A DNA stretch of 64,000 nucleotides from Candidatus Nitrosomaritimum khambatensis (GTDB lineage Archaea; Thermoproteota; Nitrososphaeria; Nitrososphaerales; Nitrosopumilaceae), in contig WVWY01000001.1 of assembly GCA_011773785.1 (NCBI GenBank), forward strand, positions 3,085-67,084. The letters run 5' to 3'. Numbering within the stretch: position 1 is the first letter of the stretch; every line of letters begins with the position of its first letter. Below the pieces are notes generated by a model, which was not told the origin of the DNA, ran no database searches, and saw nothing but the letters and a program-made list of their open reading frames with translations. The position numbers were made by a program, and so were the translations under genes. Below, in pieces: positions 27,479 through 37,329 of the stretch.

Positions 27479-28294
27479 TTAAATTTCCAGGCTAACATCA
27501 ATTCCTTTTACAGAATTAGTTATGCTTCCTATAGAGATGATATCCACTCCGGTCTTTGCATATTGAGATATATTTTTGACATTTATGCCGCCTGATGCTT
27601 CTAGTTTTACTTTATCTCGAAGTTTTTCTTTTTTGAGATTTTCGATAGTTTTTTTGATTTGACCAGGAGTAAAGTTGTCAAGCATGATTATTGTAGCACC
27701 TTCTTTGGCAGCAAGGATGGCATCAGCATTATTCTCGACTTCAACTTCAAACTTTTTGTGTTTTCTTTTGGCTTTTCTAATTAAATTCAAAAGAGACTTT
27801 TCAACAGCTATGTGATTGTCTTTTATCATTACCATTTCGTCTAATCTTAATCGATGTTTTTCTCCACCACCAATCTTTACTGCCTCTTTATCAAAAAATC
27901 TCAGACCTGGTGCAGTTTTTCTTGTGGCATACAGTTTGGTTCTTTTTGGAATTTTACTTACAAGCTCACTAGTTTGAGTTGCAATACCACTCATTCGAGT
28001 TAACAAATTCAAGGCAGTTCTCTCACAAGTTAGGATTTTTCGTGCATCACCTGATATAGTCATTATAGTTTGGTTTGGTTTGATTTTCTGACCGTCTTTT
28101 TTTAGAACTCTAACCTTGCATCCCTTGAGGCTAAAAATCTCTTTTGTGTATTTTACACCAGCAATCACTGCTTTTTCTCGTGAAATAATCCTTGCAGAAA
28201 TATTCTTTTTTGATAATAATGCACTTGTAATGTCCCCTTTGCCAATGTCTTCAGATAAAAAATCTGACAGTTCTTTTTTGTAATTATATCTCAA
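27479..28294 (-). CDS. nadC: Nicotinate-nucleotide pyrophosphorylase (QPRTase)
   Basis: ERTALN, TRKTAPG, HR.L, IKDNH, EVEV, IMLDN and EASGGI. Confidence 0.96.
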   Translation of the reverse strand: MRYNYKKELSDFLSEDIGKGDITSALLSKKNISARIISREKAVIAGVKYTKEIFSLKGCKVRVLKKDGQKIKPNQTIMTISGDARKILTCERTALNLLTRMSGIATQTSELVSKIPKRTKLYATRKTAPGLRFFDKEAVKIGGGEKHRLRLDEMVMIKDNHIAVEKSLLNLIRKAKRKHKKFEVEVENNADAILAAKEGATIIMLDNFTPGQIKKTIENLKKEKLRDKVKLEASGGINVKNISQYAKTGVDIISIGSITNSVKGIDVSLEI

Positions 28295-28341
28295 TGGAAT
28301 CTTATGATAATGTAATAATTTTAAAGATTTGGAAATTTTTT

Positions 28342-28530
28342 CTATGTTACTTTAATTGCATACTTTCCTTTGGAAGTTATTCCTAAGGTAGATGCAATTT
28401 GTGAATTTGTGGGCTCTACAATTAAAACTACTCCATTCCAGTCAGGTGTCAAGTCCGAAGATTTGCAGTTAGGACAAACTTTTCCAACTGTTATAAACTT
28501 GCATTTTCTACAAGCCATCTCTCTTGCCAT
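28342..28530 (-). CDS. spt4: Transcription elongation factor Spt4 (RpoE'')
   Basis: ACRKC..CPNC..W.G...S.IA..LGI...GKYAIKV, downstream of rpo7. Confidence 0.92.
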   Translation of the reverse strand: MAREMACRKCKFITVGKVCPNCKSSDLTPDWNGVVLIVEPTNSQIASTLGITSKGKYAIKVT

Positions 28531-28532
28531 TT

Positions 28533-29129
28533 CTAACTTGCCTCAGCTTTTGCTTCTTCAGCTGGCTCATCCGCACCGCCACCTGCTTTTTTGATTTCTT
28601 CGGCAATCCATTCGTCTGCTCCAAGGAATGGTTGTCTACAAGTAATTCCAATTTTACCCATTGTGGCAGCTTTTCCAAGTGAGACTGCTGTAATTCTTGA
28701 ACGTAGTGTTGAACCAACTTTTAGTGTCCTTCCACTTTGATTAGCAATAATCATTCCAGATTTCACATCGCTCTTTAGATAATCGTCCATAACTTGAGAC
28801 AAGTGCAATAAGGCATCAGTTGGACCAATTCTTACAAATGCTCCAAAGTCTGTAATGTCTACGATTTCTCCGTTGACAATTTCTTGTAATTTTGGATAAA
28901 ATGTTAGAGCGTCAAACTCTACTTTGTGGAATGTGCCACCGTCGCCGGCAACCATTTTTCCCATCTCTTCTACTTTGGCATCTAAAATCATAATGATGTA
29001 ACCCAAATCAGCGTTAATCATACTCTCGTACTTTTCTTTGAGAATGTTCATTGCTGCTTTTTTCAGAGTTGTCCCAAACAAGCTTGGGGGAATCCTAACA
29101 ACGTCACCTAGGGTAGATATAGAAAACAA
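28533..29129 (-). CDS. rpo7: DNA-directed RNA polymerase subunit E' (Rpo7)
   Basis: DVVRIPP..FG, GDGG, FGAFVRIGP.DALLH.SQ and RQPFLG. Confidence 0.95.
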   Translation of the reverse strand: MFSISTLGDVVRIPPSLFGTTLKKAAMNILKEKYESMINADLGYIIMILDAKVEEMGKMVAGDGGTFHKVEFDALTFYPKLQEIVNGEIVDITDFGAFVRIGPTDALLHLSQVMDDYLKSDVKSGMIIANQSGRTLKVGSTLRSRITAVSLGKAATMGKIGITCRQPFLGADEWIAEEIKKAGGGADEPAEEAKAEAS

Positions 29130-29278
29130 CTGTGCTGTTTTTCTTAAATTTCAATTTATGAATCTTTGGGTATTTTACGCTCAATACTGCAAAGAATTTG
29201 CGGAAATTTCATTTTTTTTGAGGATTTTTTCAGAAGTCTAACTTATGTTTAAATAAAGTAAACCGACTTTTTAGCGCA

Positions 29279-30394
29279 TTGGTTGGAATAGATCAAGTCT
29301 TAGAAAAACTTAGCACTGTAATTGATCCTGATTTGAAAAAAGACATCGTCTCAATGGGGATGATTAAAGACTTGGAACTCAATGATGGAAATCTGAAATT
29401 TACATTAGAGTTAACCACACCAGCGTGTCCTTTCAATGTTGAAATTGAAGATGACGTTAGAAAGGTGATTGGAGAAATTCAAGATATAAAGAATTTTGAT
29501 CTTAATGTAACTGCCAAGGTCATGGAAGGCCGTTCACTTGAAGAAGACGCTGCAATGAGAACAGTAAAAAACATTATTGGAGTTGCAAGTGGAAAAGGGG
29601 GAGTAGGAAAATCTACAGTTTCTTTGAATCTTGCCTTAGCATTATCTCAAACAGGAGCTAAAGTAGGTCTACTTGACGCAGACATCTATGGTCCAAGTAT
29701 TCCTTTGATGTTGGGAATGAAAGACGGGTATATGGAAGTAGAAGATAACAAACTACAACCAGCCGAATCCAACGGAATCAAAGTAGTATCCTTTGGTTTT
29801 TTCGCTGAACAAGCTCATCAAGCAGCAATCTATCGAGGTCCAATCATTTCGGGAATTTTAAAACAATTTTTGGTTGACACAAATTGGTCTGATCTTGATT
29901 ATCTAATTGTAGACTTGCCACCAGGTACAGGGGATATCCCATTAACTCTGGCTCAAACCATTCCTATTACAGGAATTTTGGTTGTGACAACTCCACAAGA
30001 TGTTGCAAGCAATGTAGCTGTCAAAGCAATTGGAATGTTTGAAAAACTAAATGTACCAATCATTGGTGTTGTTGAAAACATGAGTCACTTTATTTGTCCA
30101 AATTGTAATGATAAACACTACATCTTTGGTGATGGTGGAGCTAAAAAAATAAGCGAACAATTCAATATTCCATTCCTAGGAGAGATTCCATTAAACGCAG
30201 GAATCATGTCTGGAAGCGATTTAGGAAAACCAATAATGATTACAAATCCTGATTCTCCAAGTGCTGTTGCCTTTAAAACCGCAGCAAAAAATATTGCTGG
30301 ACAATGCAGTATCATTGCATCACGGTTACAAGAAGAAATGGCAGCAGAAAGTCAAACTGAAGAGTCTGCCCCTGAAGCTAGTACTCAAAACTAA
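29279..30394 (+). CDS. Mrp/NBP35 Fe-S cluster carrier ATPase with N-terminal DUF59/MIP18 domain
   Basis: LTTPACP, SGKGGVGKST, DADIYGPS, DLPPGTGD and ENMS..CPNC. Confidence 0.93.
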   Translation: MVGIDQVLEKLSTVIDPDLKKDIVSMGMIKDLELNDGNLKFTLELTTPACPFNVEIEDDVRKVIGEIQDIKNFDLNVTAKVMEGRSLEEDAAMRTVKNIIGVASGKGGVGKSTVSLNLALALSQTGAKVGLLDADIYGPSIPLMLGMKDGYMEVEDNKLQPAESNGIKVVSFGFFAEQAHQAAIYRGPIISGILKQFLVDTNWSDLDYLIVDLPPGTGDIPLTLAQTIPITGILVVTTPQDVASNVAVKAIGMFEKLNVPIIGVVENMSHFICPNCNDKHYIFGDGGAKKISEQFNIPFLGEIPLNAGIMSGSDLGKPIMITNPDSPSAVAFKTAAKNIAGQCSIIASRLQEEMAAESQTEESAPEASTQN

Positions 30395-30405
30395 ACTCGA
30401 TTAAT

Positions 30406-30903
30406 TTGAAATTACCTGAAAGACTTCGTGAACAATTGAAAATACCAATGGGAAAATTAATTCCTGAAATTGAAGTCAACAAGGAAAATATTCAAAAACA
30501 TTTGTCAGAAAATTCCTATGTAATTACGGTTGGAGACAGAACAACTGAAAAAATGATTGATTTTGGTTTAACTCCTTCTTTGCAAATTATTGATGGACAA
30601 GAAAAGAGGATTAAACGAGATGCTCCCAAACAATCAAACACAGAAACCTTGCTTACTTGTGATAATCCTGCTGCAGAAATAACGCCTCAAAGCATAGATG
30701 TAATCAAAAAAGCTTTTGAATCTCCCACGCCTGTACGTATAGAAGTAAATGGAGAAGAAGACCTATTGGTGATTCCTGTTTGCATATTTGCCCCTGAAAA
30801 TTCTGTAGTTCTTTACGGGCAACCTAATGAAGGACTAGTAATTGTTCCTATCACTACAGAAATTAGAAATAAAACACAAACACTACTTGATTCAATGGAA
30901 TAA
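30406..30903 (+). CDS. GTP-dependent dephospho-CoA kinase (DUF359)
   Basis: TVGD, IIDG, NPAA.I, GEEDL and YGQPNEG. Confidence 0.88.
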   Translation: MKLPERLREQLKIPMGKLIPEIEVNKENIQKHLSENSYVITVGDRTTEKMIDFGLTPSLQIIDGQEKRIKRDAPKQSNTETLLTCDNPAAEITPQSIDVIKKAFESPTPVRIEVNGEEDLLVIPVCIFAPENSVVLYGQPNEGLVIVPITTEIRNKTQTLLDSME

Positions 30904-30905
30904 TC

Positions 30906-30965
30906 AGGGTGTGATGAGACGGTGGCTGTATGATTTGTGATTACACTACTAAAAACTCTGACCCT
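30906..30965 (+). ncRNA. Box C/D methylation-guide sRNA
   Basis: Terminal stem AGGG/CCCT; box C GTGATGA (30911-17); 12-nt guide; D' ATGA (30930-33); C' GTGATTA (30937-43); 14-nt guide; box D CTGA (30958-61). Confidence 0.85.
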
Positions 30966-31011
30966 TTTAATTCATACAAATTGCAAATTCACAAAAAAAT
31001 AAAATACAAAA

Positions 31012-31116
31012 TTAACTTGATGTCTTAGACTTTTTCTCACTTTTTTCCTTTTTATCAAATAATAATTCGGAGTAAATTTTATCAAGATGTTTTTCTATCT
31101 GTTTACCTCTAGACAT
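31012..31116 (-). CDS. Possible basic microprotein (34 aa)
   Basis: MSRGKQIEKHLDKIYSELLFDKKEKSEKKSKTSS, with TTTAAA about 25 nt upstream. Confidence 0.4.
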   Translation of the reverse strand: MSRGKQIEKHLDKIYSELLFDKKEKSEKKSKTSS

Positions 31117-31254
31117 GGAATTTTTTTCCAAATAATGTTCATTTAAAGATCAAGTATGCACTGCATTACACAACAAGAAAACAAACTATAATGAACAAAA
31201 TTTTTCATAACAATTGACATTTCAAGATAAACGCTAACTCCCAAACAAGAACAT

Positions 31255-31629
31255 ATGAAATTAGACCCTGATCTTAGACTCCAAATTTTAGAAAAGGCAG
31301 GGATCTATGCAAATCGGTTTTCCATCCCCGAACCTCGAGTACTTCTTACTACTAAAGAAGTGCTTGATATGCCAAAGGAAATGACTGAGGGAAGAAGAAC
31401 CTCAGCTTACAAATATTATGGAGTATCATATCTTCAACATAATCTAATTTTTATCAATGTCAGAAAAATACCTGATGAAAAGACACTTGAAAATACTCTT
31501 GTGCATGAATTAATTCACCTTAGATTTCCATATCTGGCTCATGGAAAACGTTTCAACAAGTTAGTCAGGCAAGGTCTTAAAGGAAAAACATTTCTGCCCT
31601 ACCGAAAAAGAACTGCAAAAAATCTCTAA
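31255..31629 (+). CDS. Small zinc-metalloprotease-like protein (SprT/YgjP-like)
   Basis: HELIH followed by HGKRF. Confidence 0.7.
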   Translation: MKLDPDLRLQILEKAGIYANRFSIPEPRVLLTTKEVLDMPKEMTEGRRTSAYKYYGVSYLQHNLIFINVRKIPDEKTLENTLVHELIHLRFPYLAHGKRFNKLVRQGLKGKTFLPYRKRTAKNL

Positions 31630-31669
31630 TTGATTTATATTTCCCAGTATTGGGCATGCAGAGTATATC

Positions 31670-33709
31670 ATGGATGTGCAAGAACTACTGCCAATTGGAG
31701 CAGGTATTGCCTCTTTTATCGTGGCAGGTGGTTTGGTTGCTTGGATAGGTAAACAAGCGCCTGGTACCAAAGAAATGATGGAGATTTCAAATGCCGTCAA
31801 AGTTGGTGCCGCTGCTTTTCTAAAAAGAGAAATGAAAATTATTGTTCCCGTAGCTATCGCTTTATCGGTAATTATTGGGGCATTTTTACAACCATCAAAT
31901 GGAATTGCCTTTGCTGTTGGCGCAACACTTTCAGCAGTAGCAGGATTAATCTCATTAAAAATTACAGTAAAAGCTGCTGTGCGAGCTGCTAATCTGAGTA
32001 GCAGTGGCCTAGGAAAGACCTTTGCCATGGCATTTAGAGGTGGCGCAACTGTGGGTTTGGCTGTTCCTGCAATGGCTTTGTTGGCAATTACGGGATTGTA
32101 TTTGATTTATCCTGACCCAATTACAATTGCAGGAGTGGGTATTGGAGCAAGTCTAATTGCACTTTTCATAAGAATTGGTGGAGGTATCTTCACTAAAGCA
32201 GCAGATATGGGAGCAGACTTGGTAGGAAAAGTTGAAGCAAATATTCCTGAAGATGACCCAAGAAACCCTGCAACTATTGCAGACAATGTCGGAGATAATG
32301 TAGGAGATGCTGCAGGAATGGGTTCTGATGTTTACGAGTCTTATATTGTAACTATTTTGGCAGCACTTTTGATTGCAGCACTTATTGGTGCACCTGAATT
32401 ATTCTTATATCCAATTTTAATCGGAGCATCTGGAATGATTGCATCAATTATTGGTGTGGTGATAGTTGGTTCAAAGAATGTTACTGATGTAATGAAACCG
32501 CTTAATCGTTCCTTCTATGTATCTGCAGCAATTGCAATAGGATTGAATTTTATATTTACTAGTCAATTCATTGGAGATAATCCATCTGCTTATGCCTTAT
32601 TTGGCACAACTGTAATTGGAGTAATTCTTGTACCCGTTATCCAAAAGATTACCGATAGATACACTAACTACAAGTATGGACCTGTAAATGAAATTGCAGA
32701 ATCTGCAAAATGGGGCTATGCTTCATTAACTCTTATGGGAATTATCAAAGGACTCCAATCGACTGGACCATTCATGATTGCTCTAGTTGTGGCAATCATT
32801 GTCTCATATAGTATCTCATCATCTTACGCACCTGAAGGAGCTGACCCAGTTCTTTATGGTATCTTTGGTACATCTCTTACTGCCATGGCTATGTTGAGCC
32901 TTGCAGGAATTGTACTTAGCATAGATGCATTTGGTCCAATTGCTGATAATGCAGGAGGAATAGTTGAGATGACCGGAATGGGTGAAGAAAACAGAAAAGT
33001 TACAGATGAGATTGATGCAGTAGGAAACACTACTAAAGCAGTTACAAAAGGATTTGCAATTGCCAGCGCAGCATTAGCAGCCCTTGCAATGATGCAGGCT
33101 TTCCAGTTTGAAGCATCTCATATCTTTGAGGGTGTGTTGGAATTAGATTATAGTCTGACCAATCCTGCAGTAATCATTGGACTACTTGTCGGTGGACTCA
33201 TTCCATTTATCATCACAGGGCAACTAATCAACGGTGTTTCAAGAGCCGCAGGAAAAATGGTTGACGAGGTAAGAAGACAATTCAAAGCAGATCCTGAAAT
33301 TCTTACAGGAAAATCAAAACCTGACTATGCAAAATGTGTGGATATTGCCACAGTTGCATCTATCAAGGAACTTTGGAAATCCGCAATTATTGCAATCCTT
33401 GCTCCAATTATTCTAGGAATTTTGTTAGGCCCTACCGCTGTAGCTGGATTACTAATGGGTTCAGTTGTAACAGGAATTTTCTTAGCATATCACTTGGCAA
33501 ACACTGGTGGTGCATGGGATAATGCAAAGAAATTAGTTGAAATGAAAGGCAACAAAGGGACTGAAGAGCACAAAGTAGCTGTAGTAGGTGATATTATTGG
33601 GGACCCATACAAAGATACAGCAGGGCCTGCATTAAACACAGTAATCAAATTACTCAATACAATAGCAATTGTATTTGTGTCTGCATTTGTCGCTATTATT
33701 GCAATTTAG
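31670..33709 (+). CDS. hppA: Membrane-bound H+-translocating pyrophosphatase
   Basis: DMGADLVGKVE, EDDPRN, DNVGDNVGD, GPIADNAGG, GGAWDNAKK and GDPYKDT. Confidence 0.97.
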   Translation: MDVQELLPIGAGIASFIVAGGLVAWIGKQAPGTKEMMEISNAVKVGAAAFLKREMKIIVPVAIALSVIIGAFLQPSNGIAFAVGATLSAVAGLISLKITVKAAVRAANLSSSGLGKTFAMAFRGGATVGLAVPAMALLAITGLYLIYPDPITIAGVGIGASLIALFIRIGGGIFTKAADMGADLVGKVEANIPEDDPRNPATIADNVGDNVGDAAGMGSDVYESYIVTILAALLIAALIGAPELFLYPILIGASGMIASIIGVVIVGSKNVTDVMKPLNRSFYVSAAIAIGLNFIFTSQFIGDNPSAYALFGTTVIGVILVPVIQKITDRYTNYKYGPVNEIAESAKWGYASLTLMGIIKGLQSTGPFMIALVVAIIVSYSISSSYAPEGADPVLYGIFGTSLTAMAMLSLAGIVLSIDAFGPIADNAGGIVEMTGMGEENRKVTDEIDAVGNTTKAVTKGFAIASAALAALAMMQAFQFEASHIFEGVLELDYSLTNPAVIIGLLVGGLIPFIITGQLINGVSRAAGKMVDEVRRQFKADPEILTGKSKPDYAKCVDIATVASIKELWKSAIIAILAPIILGILLGPTAVAGLLMGSVVTGIFLAYHLANTGGAWDNAKKLVEMKGNKGTEEHKVAVVGDIIGDPYKDTAGPALNTVIKLLNTIAIVFVSAFVAIIAI

Positions 33710-33888
33710 TTTTCTATACTCAGAGTTAAATCTAATTCATCAATTTGAGCTTGAATTGCTTTTTTCAAGGTTTCATTATGTTTGTCACAAAATTTGAAAT
33801 AATCATCTGATGTTTGAAAACAACCACAAATCCATTTTGTTTTTTTGTCTCCTTCCACTGTACACCTTGCATAAGGATGTTCTTCCAT
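33706..33888 (-). CDS. Small Cys/His-containing hypothetical protein
   Basis: 60 aa with C, CGC and CDKH. Confidence 0.6.
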   Translation of the reverse strand: MEEHPYARCTVEGDKKTKWICGCFQTSDDYFKFCDKHNETLKKAIQAQIDELDLTLSIEN

Positions 33889-33956
33889 ATCTTAAATGAA
33901 AAGTAGTTCTAAAAAAATCTAGATCAAAATAAAATAGTAAAAAGAAAAAAAGTTGT

Positions 33957-34214
33957 CTAAGGACAGCCTTCCATTTTCTGGATGAAATAACCTTTCTCCT
34001 TAATGGCCTGCTCTACAGGCTCTGGAGCTCCTTGGGAGTGACAAAATTGACATTCATTTGCTGTCATAGTTGAATCACCTTCGCCAATTGATTCTAACCA
34101 TTCTTTTCCATATGCAATGGCTTTGTCATGGTCTTTCTCTCCAGTAATTACATCAAAGTGCATGGTGTGTCCATCTGCGGCTTTGACATAAGTATCGTAT
34201 ACGTGAATTTCCAT
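33957..34214 (-). CDS. DUF2024 family protein
   Basis: HVYDTYV..MHFDV..ECQFCHS..GYFI. Confidence 0.85.
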   Translation of the reverse strand: MEIHVYDTYVKAADGHTMHFDVITGEKDHDKAIAYGKEWLESIGEGDSTMTANECQFCHSQGAPEPVEQAIKEKGYFIQKMEGCP

Positions 34215-34282
34215 ATTTCTAACTGCAAAAAGCCATATTTAATCCAAAAACTTGGCCAAAGTCACACTACACAAGGCATCGG

Positions 34283-35257
34283 TTATTTGATTACTTCAAT
34301 TAACTCTTTGAGCTTTCTTCTAGATTTTGGTGGCCTTTTCTTATCAGGGTAGCCTATACAAAGAATAGAAGAAGGTCTCAAATCGGTACCCAAAATGGTC
34401 TGTATTTTTTTCTCATCAAGCATTCCAATCCAAATTGAACTCAGACCCAATCCTGCTGCAGCTAATTGAGCATATGCAGCAGCTAAGGTTGCATCCTGTA
34501 AGGAGAACTTGTCTAAAATTTCTTGAGGAAACTTTAGATTAACTCTTGAGGGATCCATGCAAAAGACCAGCACTACAGGCGCATTTACATAAGGTTGCTT
34601 ATTAGCAGCTTCAACCAGTGCTTCTTTGGTTGTTTTGTTTTTAATGTAGAAGATCTTTAGTCCTTGAAAGTTTCCAGCTGTGGGGGCGGTGTCTGCTGCA
34701 GCTAAAATTTTATCAATCTTCCAACTTTCAACTTTGGCATTATCAAATTTTCTAGTTGAACGCCGAGTTGCAAATATTTTAAAAATATCTGTCTGTACGG
34801 CTTTGTCTTTTTGTTCTGGTTTTGAAGATAAAATTGCCTGCAACAATGATGGTTTTTGTGGAGTTCGTTTTGGAGCAAATTTTTTCTCGTCCTTTTTCTT
34901 TTCTTTTCTTACCCATACTGAAGGATAGAATTCTTTGGAGCTAATGTAAACATATTTGGGTTCATGTGGAATTTTTACAAATTCTAGAACTTTTTTTTGT
35001 AATTCAAAAGTATCGGCTTCTAACTGTCTATGGTCTTGTAAGGTAAATTGAGTGACATCAGAGTTTACCATGATGGAGCTATTCATGTCTTCTAGGTGTA
35101 CTCTTCCAGCAACATCTTTTTTCAAAATCTCAACTAGGGAATCTAACTCATTTTTGCTTAAAATTACAGTGTCTGTTTCATCCTCGCCTTTTCCTTCCCA
35201 CACCAAACGACACCCATCCTTTGATGTGTAAGCAGGTTCAACTTTTGAAAACTCCAT
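34283..35257 (-). CDS. Nitroreductase-family protein with an extra N-terminal domain
   Basis: C-terminal RRSTRKF, APTAGNFQ, GLSSIWIG and IGYP. Start taken at ATG 35257. Confidence 0.85.
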   Translation of the reverse strand: MEFSKVEPAYTSKDGCRLVWEGKGEDETDTVILSKNELDSLVEILKKDVAGRVHLEDMNSSIMVNSDVTQFTLQDHRQLEADTFELQKKVLEFVKIPHEPKYVYISSKEFYPSVWVRKEKKKDEKKFAPKRTPQKPSLLQAILSSKPEQKDKAVQTDIFKIFATRRSTRKFDNAKVESWKIDKILAAADTAPTAGNFQGLKIFYIKNKTTKEALVEAANKQPYVNAPVVLVFCMDPSRVNLKFPQEILDKFSLQDATLAAAYAQLAAAGLGLSSIWIGMLDEKKIQTILGTDLRPSSILCIGYPDKKRPPKSRRKLKELIEVIK

Positions 35258-35359
35258 AATCTTTTGTCTATTGGCATGAAAATAAAAATTATGTTTGAAA
35301 TAAAGATCCCTTTCCATACCAATCGTAACGGTTTTCTATTCATAAATTCAAGAAATTCT

Positions 35360-35746
35360 GTGAATCGTACAATTCAGATGGTTGTAGAATCTATTACTGT
35401 TGAATTGGAGTTGGATGATTCAAATTCCCCCAAAACTGTTGAATCTTTTTTAAAAAATCTTCCATTCAGCGTAGATCTTAATGTTTGGGGAGATGAAATC
35501 TACACTTCTGAATCTCCGGTGGACGTTTCTGAAGAAAATGCAAAAACCCCCGTATCTCTAAATGATGTCGCATACTGGCCAACTGGAAAAGCAATCTGCC
35601 TATTTTATGGACCTACCCCTATAGGCAAACAAGGAGAGATAACTCCTGCGTCTCCAGTAAATGTCATTGGAAAAATATCTACTCCGGATAAATCCATTTT
35701 AGATATTGCAGAGGGAAAAAGAGCAACATTTCAAAAAAATTCATGA
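35360..35746 (+). CDS. Cyclophilin-like fold protein (DUF369-like)
   Basis: WGDEIY and DVAYWP.GKAICLFYGPTP. Start taken at GTG 35360. Confidence 0.8.
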   Translation: MNRTIQMVVESITVELELDDSNSPKTVESFLKNLPFSVDLNVWGDEIYTSESPVDVSEENAKTPVSLNDVAYWPTGKAICLFYGPTPIGKQGEITPASPVNVIGKISTPDKSILDIAEGKRATFQKNS

Positions 35747-36142
35747 TTAGTTAATTTCAATTAGGATTTCTTTTTCCAAAGTAAATGATCTGAACTGTTT
35801 TGATATTCCTGAAAAGATTATCCATACCTCGGGATTCAACTCCATGAATTTTCTATCAGTGTTGGATGGCTCTGCCTCCGAATTAGGATGCGAGTGAAAA
35901 ATTGCAACAATTTTTAATCCTGTCTCTCTTTCTATTTTATCTGCCTCCAGTCGCTGTTCAGGGGAAATTGTAAAATTAAGTGGAGATTCTTCAATATTTT
36001 TTGTTAGAAATATTTTTTCAACATTTGCTATATTTTCATTTTCTGTACCAAACAAAATGGCACATGACTCGTTTGGTTTTTCATTTTCTGCATGGTCTAA
36101 AAGAATTTGTTTTTGTTGTTCGGTTATGATGATTTTTTCCAA
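35747..36142 (-). CDS. JAMM/MPN+ (M67) metalloprotease
   Basis: PNESCAIL and FHSHP....PS..D. Start taken at TTG 36142. Confidence 0.88.
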   Translation of the reverse strand: MEKIIITEQQKQILLDHAENEKPNESCAILFGTENENIANVEKIFLTKNIEESPLNFTISPEQRLEADKIERETGLKIVAIFHSHPNSEAEPSNTDRKFMELNPEVWIIFSGISKQFRSFTLEKEILIEIN

Positions 36143-36144
36143 TC

Positions 36145-37230
36145 TTATCCAGTTTCTACTGTGCCTACCATCCATGGGTGCACTACGCAGTAATAGTCTA
36201 CTAGACCTGATTCCATGAAAGTATATTCAAATGAATCTCCTGCCATTATCATTCCTGAATCAAATAATCCGTCAGCTCCATCTGCAGGAGTACCTGATGT
36301 AACTGTGTGAGCTGCTGAATCTTCATTAACCCAAACTACAGTTGTTGCAGGTTCTACTTGGAGATTCTCTGGATCATAATAGATTTGTCCTTCTTGTCTT
36401 ATTCCTGCACCTTCTGGCATGATTACTGTTACTGGTTCTTTTGGTTCTTCGATAATAATTTTTGATACCATCCAAGGATGGACAATACACAAGTATTCAT
36501 ACTCTCCTAGCTCTAAAGCAGATGTATCAAGTTGGTATTTTTCCCCTTTATCTAGCAATCCTGAATCAAATGTCTCTCCAATATCTTCTGAACTTGTAAC
36601 AGTATGTGCAAGTGAATCTACATTAGTCCATTCAATGATGTATCCTTGTGGAACATAAGCTACATCTGGTTCATAATCTGGGTTTCCTTCAACAGCAGAG
36701 TTTGCTAAAATTGTAATTGGATATATTGGACCTGTTGGCTCTGCTTCAACTTCTTCTTCTACAATTTCTTCAGCAATTATGTATGTGTCTGGACTTACAA
36801 ATCCAAATGCTACAAAGGAAACTATCCCTGTAATTCCTGCTAATGCAATTATTGTTCCTATAGGTTTGATTCGTGTAGGCATTTTTGCTGCCACATATGC
36901 TATTACTATTGCTGGAAATGCAATTGCCAACAACAAACCTGCAAATATGTTAGTAGATTCTATAGTATTCATAGTAAATGAGTACATTCCAAATCCAAGA
37001 GCAATTGAAAGCACAACTAGCGTAGTTGCCTTGGCCCGGTTGCTTGTTGAGACCCCTCCATCTAAAATTCCTGCTGCAAGAAATATCAGCCCTATAAACA
37101 TGGTAAGGCCTGTAAGTGCATGCATTCCATCAATGAATGTATGAGCCAGTCCTGCATAGGAAATCACTACTCCAGCCAAGCCTATGGCCGTTAATCCCAT
37201 ACCTGGCATCATGAGGTCCCAATTACTCAT
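36145..37230 (-). CDS. Multi-TM membrane protein with two C-terminal cupredoxin domains
   Basis: N-terminal TM bundle with two His, then HTVT..CIVHPWM and HTVT..CVVHPWM. Confidence 0.88.
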   Translation of the reverse strand: MSNWDLMMPGMGLTAIGLAGVVISYAGLAHTFIDGMHALTGLTMFIGLIFLAAGILDGGVSTSNRAKATTLVVLSIALGFGMYSFTMNTIESTNIFAGLLLAIAFPAIVIAYVAAKMPTRIKPIGTIIALAGITGIVSFVAFGFVSPDTYIIAEEIVEEEVEAEPTGPIYPITILANSAVEGNPDYEPDVAYVPQGYIIEWTNVDSLAHTVTSSEDIGETFDSGLLDKGEKYQLDTSALELGEYEYLCIVHPWMVSKIIIEEPKEPVTVIMPEGAGIRQEGQIYYDPENLQVEPATTVVWVNEDSAAHTVTSGTPADGADGLFDSGMIMAGDSFEYTFMESGLVDYYCVVHPWMVGTVETG

Positions 37231-37329
37231 TCATGCTAGCTTGTAGGAGTGATATACTTATTCCTTTTGAACTTGTATAGATCATCAAAGTCGAATAAAT
37301 TAAATGGCTTTGGAAGAGGATAGAGTGAA

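Noticed and set aside
33957..34214. CxxCH heme-c motif in the DUF2024 protein (CQFCH), also CRLCH in the 47738-47890 microprotein
   Set aside because: Neither protein has a signal peptide, and AOA are not known to make c-type cytochromes. Zn or other metal ligation is more likely.
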